Source of the DNA: Escherichia phage KKE7M | Reading direction: 5' to 3' (one strand) | Sequence record: PQ356295.1 | DNA length: 64,000 bases | Translations under genes and position numbers: made by a program | Shown here: positions 19,976 to 26,669 of the stretch, piece after piece | Layout of the letters: each line of letters begins with the position of its first letter | How positions within the stretch are numbered: position 1 is the stretch's first letter | Notes under the pieces: generated by a model | Seen by the model: the letters and a program-made list of their open reading frames with translations, nothing else | Database searches by the model: none | What the model was told of the DNA's origin: nothing

Positions 19976-20245
19976 TTATGGTCTGTTAATTACTTTAACA
20001 GTTTGTCCTTTATCATTCATTAAATATGCTGATTCAGTTTTGTGAATGAATAACACTCTTTCACCAGCAATCACAGAAGCTACAACACCATCTGGTCTAT
20101 CATAACCTTCCCAATGATATTGAATAATTACTTCATCTTCTAAGCAATAAAAGAATTCTTCTTCATTTACTACGAATGGTACAGTGTTATAAATTCTTAC
20201 TTCCTCTTCTTGAGGAAACTTGCGAATTACTTTTAAAGTATACAT
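19976..20245 (-). CDS. hypothetical protein
   Basis: ORF 19976..20302 in track; likely start ATG at 20245 with AGGAGA RBS (MYTLKVIRKF...). Confidence 0.45.
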   Translation of the reverse strand: MYTLKVIRKFPQEEEVRIYNTVPFVVNEEEFFYCLEDEVIIQYHWEGYDRPDGVVASVIAGERVLFIHKTESAYLMNDKGQTVKVINRP

Positions 20246-20359
20246 AATATCTCCTGATAAGTATTTAGTAGTAGTAGTATGTTGTGCGTTAAGGAGTCGC
20301 ACCCCTCCATCTCAGAAGGAACTAGGCTTGTTCTTCGAAGACACCGCTGGCACGGAGTT

Positions 20360-20435
20360 TGGTCGTGGTAAACGGAGTCGAACCGTTGTTTCTCGATTAT
20401 CGGTCGAGTGTACTAACCATCTGTACGATACCACA
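20360..20435 (-). tRNA. tRNA, anticodon GAU (Ile) by hand fold
   Basis: 7 bp acceptor, T-arm AACGG-TTCGACT-CCGTT, anticodon loop CCGATAA, CCA encoded; C at position 33 is unusual. Confidence 0.5.
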
Positions 20436-20440
20436 ATAAT

Positions 20441-20523
20441 TGGCAGCAAGGTGAGGAATCGAACCCCTTGATCTATGGTTTGGAGCCATATTGAGTACCA
20501 TACTCTTTTAAATCTACCCAGCT
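20441..20523 (-). tRNA. tRNA-like, anticodon CCA (Trp), atypical D region
   Basis: clean anticodon arm TATGG-CTCCAAA-CCATA and T-loop TTCGATT, but 26 nt between acceptor and anticodon stem and imperfect acceptor pairing. Confidence 0.35.
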
Positions 20524-20581
20524 ATGAGTTCCTTGAAGTGTCAATGTAACTTAATCATTACACCAGAAGGGAGGTATTTAG

Positions 20582-20660
20582 TGGAGGCGGGAATCGGATT
20601 TGAACCGATGATCTCCAGCATATGAAACTGGCGAGGACGACCAGACTCCTCTATCCCGCG
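20582..20660 (-). tRNA. tRNA-Met (CAU), initiator-like
   Basis: acceptor CGCGGGA with 1-72 mismatch as in bacterial initiator tRNA, loop TTCATAT, T-loop TTCAAAT, CCA encoded. Confidence 0.6.
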
Positions 20661-20675
20661 CAATCTGTAGTAATT

Positions 20676-20760
20676 TGGTAGCTAAGGTGAGACTCGAACT
20701 CACAATCCCTTGGGGCAATACGTTCTAAGCGTATCGTGTATACCATTCCACCACTTAGCC
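20676..20760 (-). tRNA. tRNA-Leu (UAG)
   Basis: class II fold with long variable arm, anticodon loop CTTAGAA, T-arm GTGAG-TTCGAGT-CTCAC, CCA encoded. Confidence 0.65.
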
Positions 20761-20837
20761 ATAATAAGTACACCACTGTAAGAAGCCTCAATGTGCTATT
20801 GACAGTTAACCAAGTCTACTCCTTGGATGGTGTTATT

Positions 20838-20912
20838 TGGTGCAGAGAGATGGTAACGATCCATCCTTTCTACCTTTTCAGGGTAGCACTAATCCGTCTC
20901 AGCTATCTCTGC
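20838..20912 (-). tRNA. tRNA-Phe (GAA)
   Basis: perfect acceptor GCAGAGA/TCTCTGC, anticodon arm CTACC-CTGAAAA-GGTAG, unusual T-loop ATCGTTA. Confidence 0.6.
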
Positions 20913-20917
20913 AAATT

Positions 20918-20993
20918 TGGTCAGTGCGGCAGGACTCGAACCTGCGACCTGAAGCGTCCAAGGCTCCCACGCTACCAACTGCGCTACGCACTG
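20918..20993 (-). tRNA. tRNA-Pro (UGG)
   Basis: perfect 7 bp acceptor, anticodon loop CTTGGAC, T-loop TTCGAGT, CCA encoded. Confidence 0.65.
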
Positions 20994-21000
20994 TAAATCT

Positions 21001-21075
21001 TGGCTGGAGATCTAGGAATCGAACCTAGTCATCACGACTTCAAAGGCCGTTGCCTTCCCACTAGGCTAATCTCCA
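21001..21075 (-). tRNA. tRNA-Gln (UUG)
   Basis: perfect acceptor TGGAGAT/ATCTCCA, anticodon loop CTTTGAA, T-loop TTCGATT, CCA encoded. Confidence 0.65.
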
Positions 21076-21127
21076 ATAAAACTAAAAATCACTTAAAAAG
21101 AACCGCTAGAGTTTGAAGGAGAAAACC

Positions 21128-21154
21128 ATGAGCGAAAAGAGAAATTTTCTCTAG
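21128..21154 (+). other. 8-codon mini-ORF (MSEKRNFL) with strong RBS inside an 8 bp inverted repeat
   Basis: GAAGGAGAAAACC-ATG; flanked by CGCTAGAG (21104-21111) and CTCTAGCG (21149-21156); lies between two tRNA genes. Confidence 0.25.
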
Positions 21155-21174
21155 CGATTCCATTTAAATAATCT

Positions 21175-21249
21175 TGGAGCGAGTAACAGGACTTGAACCT
21201 GCACCTGGAGGGTGGAAACCTCATATGCTACCATTAACACTATACCCGC
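21175..21249 (-). tRNA. tRNA-Gly (UCC)
   Basis: acceptor GCGGGTA with one G-U, anticodon loop TTTCCAC, T-loop TTCAAGT, CCA encoded. Confidence 0.6.
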
Positions 21250-21260
21250 TTAACAATATT

Positions 21261-21290
21261 ACTCTAACATATTATTAGCCCCTTTGTCAA
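21261..21290 (-). promoter_or_regulatory. promoter candidate for tRNA transcript (TTGACA N18 TAGAGT), overlapping a hairpin
   Basis: minus-strand TTGACA at 21290-21285, TAGAGT at 21266-21261, about 12 nt upstream of the tRNA-Gly 5' end; hairpin 21277-21296. Confidence 0.35.
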
Positions 21291-21304
21291 GAGGCTTTTG
21301 ATAT

Positions 21305-21634
21305 TTATTTTAAAATAGTAGATGCACCACGTCTGTTTAGATATGCAACAGTAAAGTCCAAATCACCTATTTCTTCAGGTTCCCACTGACCTTCTAAGCC
21401 ATAGCAAGAACAATGATATGCGTGTACTTCATAAAACAGAGATGTTTTCATATCATAAAAATAAACGTGAGATTCACCTTCATAATATGCACAGTCATAA
21501 GTGGCAGAAAGAATTACAATGTTATCCTTATCTAACTCTACTTCATAATATCTTTCAACATCTTCGATATCATCAAAACCATCGAAAACATTGATGTTAA
21601 AATATTTCTCTAACTCTTTTTCTGTCACATACAC
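21305..21634 (-). CDS. hypothetical protein embedded in tRNA cluster
   Basis: 109 aa acidic ORF with AAAGGAG RBS (GTG start likely); no recognisable domain. Confidence 0.45.
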   Translation of the reverse strand: MYVTEKELEKYFNINVFDGFDDIEDVERYYEVELDKDNIVILSATYDCAYYEGESHVYFYDMKTSLFYEVHAYHCSCYGLEGQWEPEEIGDLDFTVAYLNRRGASTILK

Positions 21635-21651
21635 TCCTTTAGAGTTAAAAT

Positions 21652-21726
21652 TGGTGCTCCCACAAGGACTCGAACCCTGATAAGTTGCTTACAAGGCAAC
21701 CGTAATAGCCGTTATACGATAGGAGC
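21652..21726 (-). tRNA. tRNA-Thr (UGU)
   Basis: acceptor GCTCCTA/TGGGAGC, anticodon arm GTTGC-CTTGTAA-GCAAC, T-loop TTCGAGT, CCA encoded. Confidence 0.6.
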
Positions 21727-21732
21727 AATACT

Positions 21733-21809
21733 TGGACTCGACAGGATTCGATACCTGCAATTCCAGAAGCCTATTGGCGACTGGGGGTTTACCTTAACTC
21801 TACAAGTCC
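21733..21809 (-). tRNA. tRNA-like element without a canonical anticodon arm (possible pseudo-tRNA)
   Basis: 7 bp acceptor GGACTTG/CGAGTCC and T-arm with 8 nt loop TATCGAAT, but the 44 nt core does not fold into D and anticodon arms. Confidence 0.3.
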
Positions 21810-21816
21810 ATAATTC

Positions 21817-21901
21817 TGGCGATGGATCAAGGATTTGAACCTTGCTAGAACTTTCGTTCACGGATTAACAGTCCGTCGCCCAACCACTAGGCCAATCCAT
21901 C
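21817..21901 (-). tRNA. tRNA with anticodon GUU (Asn) but class II-like 15 nt variable arm
   Basis: perfect acceptor GATGGAT/ATCCATC, anticodon arm ACGGA-CTGTTAA-TCCGT, variable arm GAACGAAAGTTCTAG, T-loop TTCAAAT, CCA encoded. Confidence 0.5.
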
Positions 21902-21908
21902 TTTAATT

Positions 21909-21995
21909 TGGTGCAGGTAGTTGGACTCGAACCAACGAAGCCCCGAAGGGCAAGAGATTTACAGTCTCCAGCAATTGCCGCTATGCGATACCTAC
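21909..21995 (-). tRNA. tRNA-Tyr (GUA)
   Basis: class II fold, anticodon loop CTGTAAA, long variable arm with GCCC/GGGC stem, T-loop TTCGAGT, CCA encoded. Confidence 0.6.
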
Positions 21996-22000
21996 GTGTT

Positions 22001-22075
22001 TGGTACATCGTGAAGGATTCGAACCTTCGCTCCCTTGATTAAAAGTCAAGTGCCTTACCGCTTGGCTAACGATGC
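22001..22075 (-). tRNA. tRNA-Lys (UUU)
   Basis: acceptor GCATCGT/ACGATGT, anticodon arm CTTGA-CTTTTAA-TCAAG, T-loop TTCGAAT, CCA encoded. Confidence 0.65.
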
Positions 22076-22435
22076 ATACTCTTTACACCACCGTGTATGT
22101 CCAGCATAAGCCTTTGTACTATGGAATACTGCTCCGCAAACACACACCGTGGTTCTAATTCTGTTTCCCATGTCTTGGGAAATTCTTGTCTTCTTCATGT
22201 GACAAGCATGACACAAAAGTTGACATTTGGCAAGTTCTTCTTGCCATTTAGCCTCCGAACATGAACTCATTCGACTAATATAAAACTTCTTCTCGCTTGA
22301 ATCTTTATGATCAAATTCCAAGTCATCTACAGACCCACAATTAACACATTTACCTCCAAGCTGGAGGATTGCGGAAGCTCTTCGCTTCTGCCACCGAGTT
22401 TTCATGTATTCCCGCATATAATCATTACTTGGCAT
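22055..22435 (-). CDS. HNH homing endonuclease
   Basis: CVNCGS...EFDHKD...LLCHACH motif set; AGGAGG RBS; 3' end overlaps first 21 nt of tRNA-Lys. Confidence 0.7.
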   Translation of the reverse strand: MPSNDYMREYMKTRWQKRRASAILQLGGKCVNCGSVDDLEFDHKDSSEKKFYISRMSSCSEAKWQEELAKCQLLCHACHMKKTRISQDMGNRIRTTVCVCGAVFHSTKAYAGHTRWCKEYASLAKR

Positions 22436-22582
22436 ACATCCTCCTCGTATAAATTATCTTTAAAATAGCCAGTGTTTGCGGCACTTAGCTATGAAGTATT
22501 GGGGTATCGGTAAAGTGGTTGCCGCCACTTGCCGAAGATTTACTCTGCTAAAGTAAGAGTACAAGCTACATTAAAGATAACT

Positions 22583-22668
22583 TGGCGGTAGATGTAGGAC
22601 TTGAACCTACACGCCGTTTCCGACGACAGTTTAGCAAACTGTTGTGGCTACCATTTCACCAATCTACC
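22583..22668 (-). tRNA. tRNA-Ser (GCU)
   Basis: perfect acceptor GGTAGAT/ATCTACC, anticodon arm ACAGT-TTGCTAA-ACTGT, long variable arm, T-loop TTCAAGT, CCA encoded. Confidence 0.65.
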
Positions 22669-22713
22669 ATTTTTAATTATTCAAAACAACCTGAATCTGT
22701 TACTAATTGAATT

Positions 22714-22803
22714 TGGAGGAAGATAATGGAGTCGAACCATCACCGTATCGCTACAATGGGCCAGGGTTCAAACCTGGTTGCGCACCGCTGCGCCCTACCT
22801 TCC
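22714..22803 (-). tRNA. tRNA-Ser (UGA)
   Basis: anticodon arm CCAGG-TTTGAAC-CCTGG, long variable arm, T-loop TTCGACT, CCA encoded. Confidence 0.6.
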
Positions 22804-22867
22804 CGTTATCATACTTTAAATCTAACATAAAACTATCTTGCTTGTCAAGTAGTTTTTAAAAACTTTT

Positions 22868-22949
22868 TGGCCGGGGTGACAGGATTCGAACCTGCATACT
22901 CCAATTACTCGGTTAACGCCTGATTAGAAGTCAGGTGAGATACACCCCG
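22868..22949 (-). tRNA. tRNA-like, anticodon UCU (Arg), apparently lacking a D arm
   Basis: perfect acceptor CGGGGTG/CACCCCG and canonical T-arm, but only 7 nt between acceptor and anticodon stem (CCTGA-CTTCTAA-TCAGG) and 23 nt before the T-arm. Confidence 0.4.
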
Positions 22950-23030
22950 TTTTCACAGTAACTATAACAAAAAACTAAGTAAATGTCAAGATATTTTTAC
23001 TAAAATTATTATTTAAATTGAAGCCTAGGT

Positions 23031-23116
23031 TGGTGCAAGTGGAGGGATTCGAACCCTCAATCATTTAAGCGTTGCGTTTTAAGCACAATGTGTATCACCA
23101 ATTCCACCACACTTGC
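23031..23116 (-). tRNA. tRNA-Leu (UAA)
   Basis: perfect acceptor GCAAGTG/CACTTGC, anticodon loop CTTAAAA, long variable arm, T-arm GAGGG-TTCGAAT-CCCTC, CCA encoded. Confidence 0.65.
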
Positions 23117-23147
23117 ATATAGGAGATGCATAGCACCTCCTTTTAAA

Positions 23148-23223
23148 TGGTGGTTCCCCAGGGTTACAATCCCTGCCCTCGACACTTATGAGGTGTGCGC
23201 TCTCGTCAGTGAGCTATGGAACC
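23148..23223 (-). tRNA. tRNA with anticodon CAU (elongator Met or Ile2), unusual T-loop
   Basis: anticodon loop CTCATAA, D-stem GCTC/GAGC, T-loop ATTGTAA between CAGGG/CCCTG, CCA encoded. Confidence 0.5.
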
Positions 23224-23230
23224 TTGAATA

Positions 23231-23497
23231 TTAAGCATACTGGGTCATTTCACCAGCTTCGCGTTTCTCCAGAAGAACTGTAATCAAAGCAATAGCTGCT
23301 TCTTCTTCGTGAGGAAGCCCCATTTCATCCAGAAGAGCAAGGAAATCAATTACCAAACTTTCTGTTTTAAGGCTAACGCTACCATTTTCGTTTTCAGTAA
23401 GAACTGATTCAGGTTCAAAAATAAAGATTGCTCCACCTTTATTATCAATCAATACGTGCTTCTCAATCAATTCTTTACCATAAGTACGTTCTGTCAT
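23231..23497 (-). CDS. hypothetical protein
   Basis: 88 aa acidic ORF upstream of tRNA cluster. Confidence 0.45.
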   Translation of the reverse strand: MTERTYGKELIEKHVLIDNKGGAIFIFEPESVLTENENGSVSLKTESLVIDFLALLDEMGLPHEEEAAIALITVLLEKREAGEMTQYA

Positions 23498-23553
23498 AGT
23501 TTTCTCCTTTTTGTTTAACTTGGGCTTATCTTAGCAAATAACTAGCTATGTTG

Positions 23554-23664
23554 TCAACTAGTTTTTACAATATTTTTTCTTGATCTGTAACCTAGTGTAT
23601 AACCGCATACAAAAGATACAAGAGCAATAAAAACAGATAAGCCAAAAATAATTTCTGTAGACAT
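23554..23664 (-). CDS. small hydrophobic peptide (36 aa, single TM)
   Basis: ATG with AAGGAAACAGT RBS; MSTEIIFGLSVFIALVSFVCGYTLGYRSRKNIVKTS; below track cutoff. Confidence 0.3.
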   Translation of the reverse strand: MSTEIIFGLSVFIALVSFVCGYTLGYRSRKNIVKTS

Positions 23665-23677
23665 ACTGTTTCCTTAA

Positions 23678-23899
23678 TTATGTGAAATCTAATTCCTCCT
23701 CTGGTGCTGTGTAATTTAGAAGAAGATCAGTTACACTTTGATGTTGATAAACCCTTTCGGGACTGTCATCGAATGCCAAACTTGTACAAATCGAGCATAG
23801 ATCCGACTCTTGAATATTACCATTCCTGTCTCTACGGGAGTGATTAGTCAAGTGTCTGTTACAGGCTCGGCAACGAAAATAAAAATTATGTTGTTTCAT
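23678..23899 (-). CDS. small Cys-rich (zinc-finger-like) protein
   Basis: 73 aa with CRAC and CSIC pairs. Confidence 0.45.
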   Translation of the reverse strand: MKQHNFYFRCRACNRHLTNHSRRDRNGNIQESDLCSICTSLAFDDSPERVYQHQSVTDLLLNYTAPEEELDFT

Positions 23900-23970
23900 A
23901 AATCCTTCGTGAAGCCCATCCAGGGCAGTTATAGGCTCTCCTTACCTTAATCTTATCACGAAGTTTTTAT

Positions 23971-25704
23971 TTAGTCAACCTGGATGGTTCCCATAGTACG
24001 AAGAACCTCTACATCAACACGGTTGCGGATATCAGTGAATGTTTCATCACGTCCTTCTACTTGTGGTGTAATAACCTTACCATCCTTGAAGATAACTTGT
24101 AACTCATTGTCTTCATCCTGGATATCTTTAAAAGAAAGATTATCTACAAGAGAAAGATTACCATTGGTATCCTTAACAACCTTAATAAAACCTTTTGCAG
24201 AGCGTTTACCAGGATCAGTTTTAGGCTCCTTACTTACCAAAATTTCGTGTTCACCGATGATGCTACCTGTTGCTTTAACAGCAAAGCCAAAAGTATCTCG
24301 TGTATTGAACTGATAAGTATAACTACCAACACCAAATACAATATTGGAAGCTGCAAAACCTTTCTTCTTCAGTCGGCGTAAGATCTCGTGTTCTCGTTCA
24401 ACAGTAATAGAATCACCATAAATCATACCGATATGCTCATCAAGAACCTTGTAGCCTTTTCGGTTGATAGTACCACCAAACACTTCCCAAAGGATTTGAA
24501 TAGAACCTACTGCTTCACAATAAGGAATCTCATAAGTTTCATCAATACAGTCAGCAACACTACAATCCTGAAGAACATTGTAATACTTATTAACATCAGC
24601 CAAATGAACTACTTCAGTGGCTGTCGCAATACCATTATTTAAAAGATCTTCATAGTTGTCAAAAGATTCAACATTGTATCCTGCAACAACTTTAACCGGA
24701 TCTCCTGAATCTGGACGAATAACAAGACGACCATTTCGTGACATAATGGAATCTTTCAATTCTACCAGAATGCGAGTCAATACAGCCCAATAGTCATAAG
24801 AGTCTGCTACATATGAACAAAAACCTTCTGGAACAATTTCTTCGATATAACGACGAAGAAACTCTTTTTCTGCTACATAACGAAGCCCATCTACATCATC
24901 TTTAAGATGTGGGAAATGTTTCTTCAGATCTTCAACAATAGCTCCAATGTTAGTCGTTGCTACTGAATGTTCTGTTGCCGGAATCGAACCTGCAACAAAC
25001 TGATCATAATCAATACCATAATAGTCATGCACAGTTTCAATAGCCAGAATATTATCTGTTCCTGTGAACGATGCCAAGTGAGCGATACCACTCTTATAAC
25101 CATCTTCGATATTACTTAAACCACGTAGGCTAAAATCATGACACTGGAAGTTAACGTGATCAATATTATCACACGTTGCCATCGCATATGCCATAGCGAT
25201 ACGCTTATACTGAAAAGCTGCTGTGGCATTAGTCATTGTCTTCCAAGTTTCATCTGACAACAGTGTTTCCACATAGTTAGTTAACCAAAAGAATTTTTCT
25301 AAAGTATTATGCACAGTAAATACAGGAACACCAATAGGACACAAAACACCTTCTGGCAGAGATCGAACTTCCAGCGGAAGATAACCTAAATCGTGCAATT
25401 CTCCCCAACACTCAGCAGAAGGAGCAGAAGCACCTAATGCATTCTTAGACATACGATAAAATTTATTTACTGCTGCACTACGAGACATTTTAAAGAAGCC
25501 GTCCCACATAGTTACAAGAGCATCGGTTACTGCTCGACGAATACCTAAGACAATCACACCACGTGCTTCACGATCTGCATAGTGTGCAAAGTTTTTATCA
25601 TTACGAGGAGTTAAATTAGAGAAAATTAGTTTTGTATTTTGGTTGTACATCTGCTTGTGACCAGGTTTATACCAATCAGTAGCAAAAGGTGCAAAAATAT
25701 TCAT
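23971..25704 (-). CDS. nicotinamide phosphoribosyltransferase family protein (NAMPT/NadV-like; could be a Namat-type enzyme)
   Basis: 577 aa with RPDSGDP signature of the NAMPT/NAPRT family; adjacent to Prs-like gene. Confidence 0.75.
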   Translation of the reverse strand: MNIFAPFATDWYKPGHKQMYNQNTKLIFSNLTPRNDKNFAHYADREARGVIVLGIRRAVTDALVTMWDGFFKMSRSAAVNKFYRMSKNALGASAPSAECWGELHDLGYLPLEVRSLPEGVLCPIGVPVFTVHNTLEKFFWLTNYVETLLSDETWKTMTNATAAFQYKRIAMAYAMATCDNIDHVNFQCHDFSLRGLSNIEDGYKSGIAHLASFTGTDNILAIETVHDYYGIDYDQFVAGSIPATEHSVATTNIGAIVEDLKKHFPHLKDDVDGLRYVAEKEFLRRYIEEIVPEGFCSYVADSYDYWAVLTRILVELKDSIMSRNGRLVIRPDSGDPVKVVAGYNVESFDNYEDLLNNGIATATEVVHLADVNKYYNVLQDCSVADCIDETYEIPYCEAVGSIQILWEVFGGTINRKGYKVLDEHIGMIYGDSITVEREHEILRRLKKKGFAASNIVFGVGSYTYQFNTRDTFGFAVKATGSIIGEHEILVSKEPKTDPGKRSAKGFIKVVKDTNGNLSLVDNLSFKDIQDEDNELQVIFKDGKVITPQVEGRDETFTDIRNRVDVEVLRTMGTIQVD

Positions 25705-25736
25705 AGTTATGTCTCCTTGTTTGTTAGTGTGGGAGT

Positions 25737-25765
25737 ATCTTACTAAGCATACTCCCTATTGTCAA
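25737..25765 (-). promoter_or_regulatory. promoter candidate (TTGACA N17 TAAGAT) overlapping an 8 bp hairpin
   Basis: minus-strand TTGACA at 25765-25760, TAAGAT at 25742-25737; stem GGGAGTAT/ATACTCCC at 25731-25756. Confidence 0.35.
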
Positions 25766-25775
25766 CACTTATTAT

Positions 25776-26669
25776 TTAAAAATTCCACACGTATGGAAAT
25801 ACAATTTGTTGTTGCAAATCTGACTGATTCTTAACAAGAACACCGGAATCTTCTTGGATGTTATCTTCCCACACATTAAGAGAATGAATGCAGTCAAAGT
25901 GCTCACTTAACTCTTTAAGACCTTTAGAAAAGATACCGTGTGTAACATATAACTCAATCTTACCTGCGTTACGAGCACGTAGCACTTTAGCCAACTCAAT
26001 AAAAGTTCTACCACCATCACAGATATCATCTACGATCATCAGGTTACGCTTATTGAAATCCTGTACAGAAATGTCTGTACGAACAATAGCACCTGTTGCG
26101 GTATCTCTAACCTTCTCTGCACAGAACACATCTAAAGACATTTTCTTAGATAATTTAAATATTTTCTTAAGAGCACCACCATCAGGGCTAACAAGAGCAA
26201 AATTCTCCATACGTAACTTCCACTTTAAAGTTTCGTAAGCAATCTCTTCTTGAGGTATTACACAGAGTCTGTCAAACACTGCTGGAGTAACATCACTGTG
26301 GGGATCAGCAACGATAACACGTGAGAAATTTAATGAGTTAATTATAGAAGCAAATGCTTTAACTCCGAATGCTTCTCCAGGCTCACACACTCTGTCTTGT
26401 CGTGCATACGGTACATACAGCATGAGTAAATCAACACAATATGGTTTATGATATAGCATATTGTCCAATGCATTCTTAGTCATAACCAAAGTCATCAAGT
26501 CTTTAGCAGATCTTACTTCTAAAGTGAGTAAGATTCTGTCTGTAGCATGATTGAAACCTGATAGATTCGTATCTAATTGAACATGTTGTTCTCCACCAGA
26601 GAATGTAAACACTTTAACGTCTACATCAGTAACATAACAGTCAACACCATGCAGAATACTAACTTTCAT
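25776..26669 (-). CDS. ribose-phosphate pyrophosphokinase family protein (Prs-like; could be an ADP-ribose pyrophosphokinase)
   Basis: 297 aa with VSPDGGA and DDICDGGRT PRPP-binding loop motifs. Confidence 0.8.
   Translation of the reverse strand: MKVSILHGVDCYVTDVDVKVFTFSGGEQHVQLDTNLSGFNHATDRILLTLEVRSAKDLMTLVMTKNALDNMLYHKPYCVDLLMLYVPYARQDRVCEPGEAFGVKAFASIINSLNFSRVIVADPHSDVTPAVFDRLCVIPQEEIAYETLKWKLRMENFALVSPDGGALKKIFKLSKKMSLDVFCAEKVRDTATGAIVRTDISVQDFNKRNLMIVDDICDGGRTFIELAKVLRARNAGKIELYVTHGIFSKGLKELSEHFDCIHSLNVWEDNIQEDSGVLVKNQSDLQQQIVFPYVWNF

Noticed and set aside
20761-20837. Possible extra tRNA in the 77 nt gap between tRNA-Leu and tRNA-Phe
   Set aside because: No acceptor/T-arm pairing or anticodon stem could be built by hand; left uncalled.
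20736-21028. Plus-strand ORFs 20736..20996 and 20837..21028 and others listed across 20220..21028
   Set aside because: They run through tRNA genes on the opposite strand. Translations are tRNA-derived junk.
21277-21296. Hairpin AGCCTCTT-GACA-AAGGGGCT as a terminator for the 109 aa ORF
   Set aside because: No U-run follows it on the minus strand, and it contains a TTGACA hexamer. Interpreted instead as part of a promoter or processing element for the downstream tRNA.
22436-22582. Two hairpins (AAGTGG...CCACTT and TACTCT...AGAGTA) upstream of the HNH gene as a possible tRNA
   Set aside because: The stems do not assemble into a cloverleaf and there is no T-loop motif. More likely leader structure of the HNH transcript.
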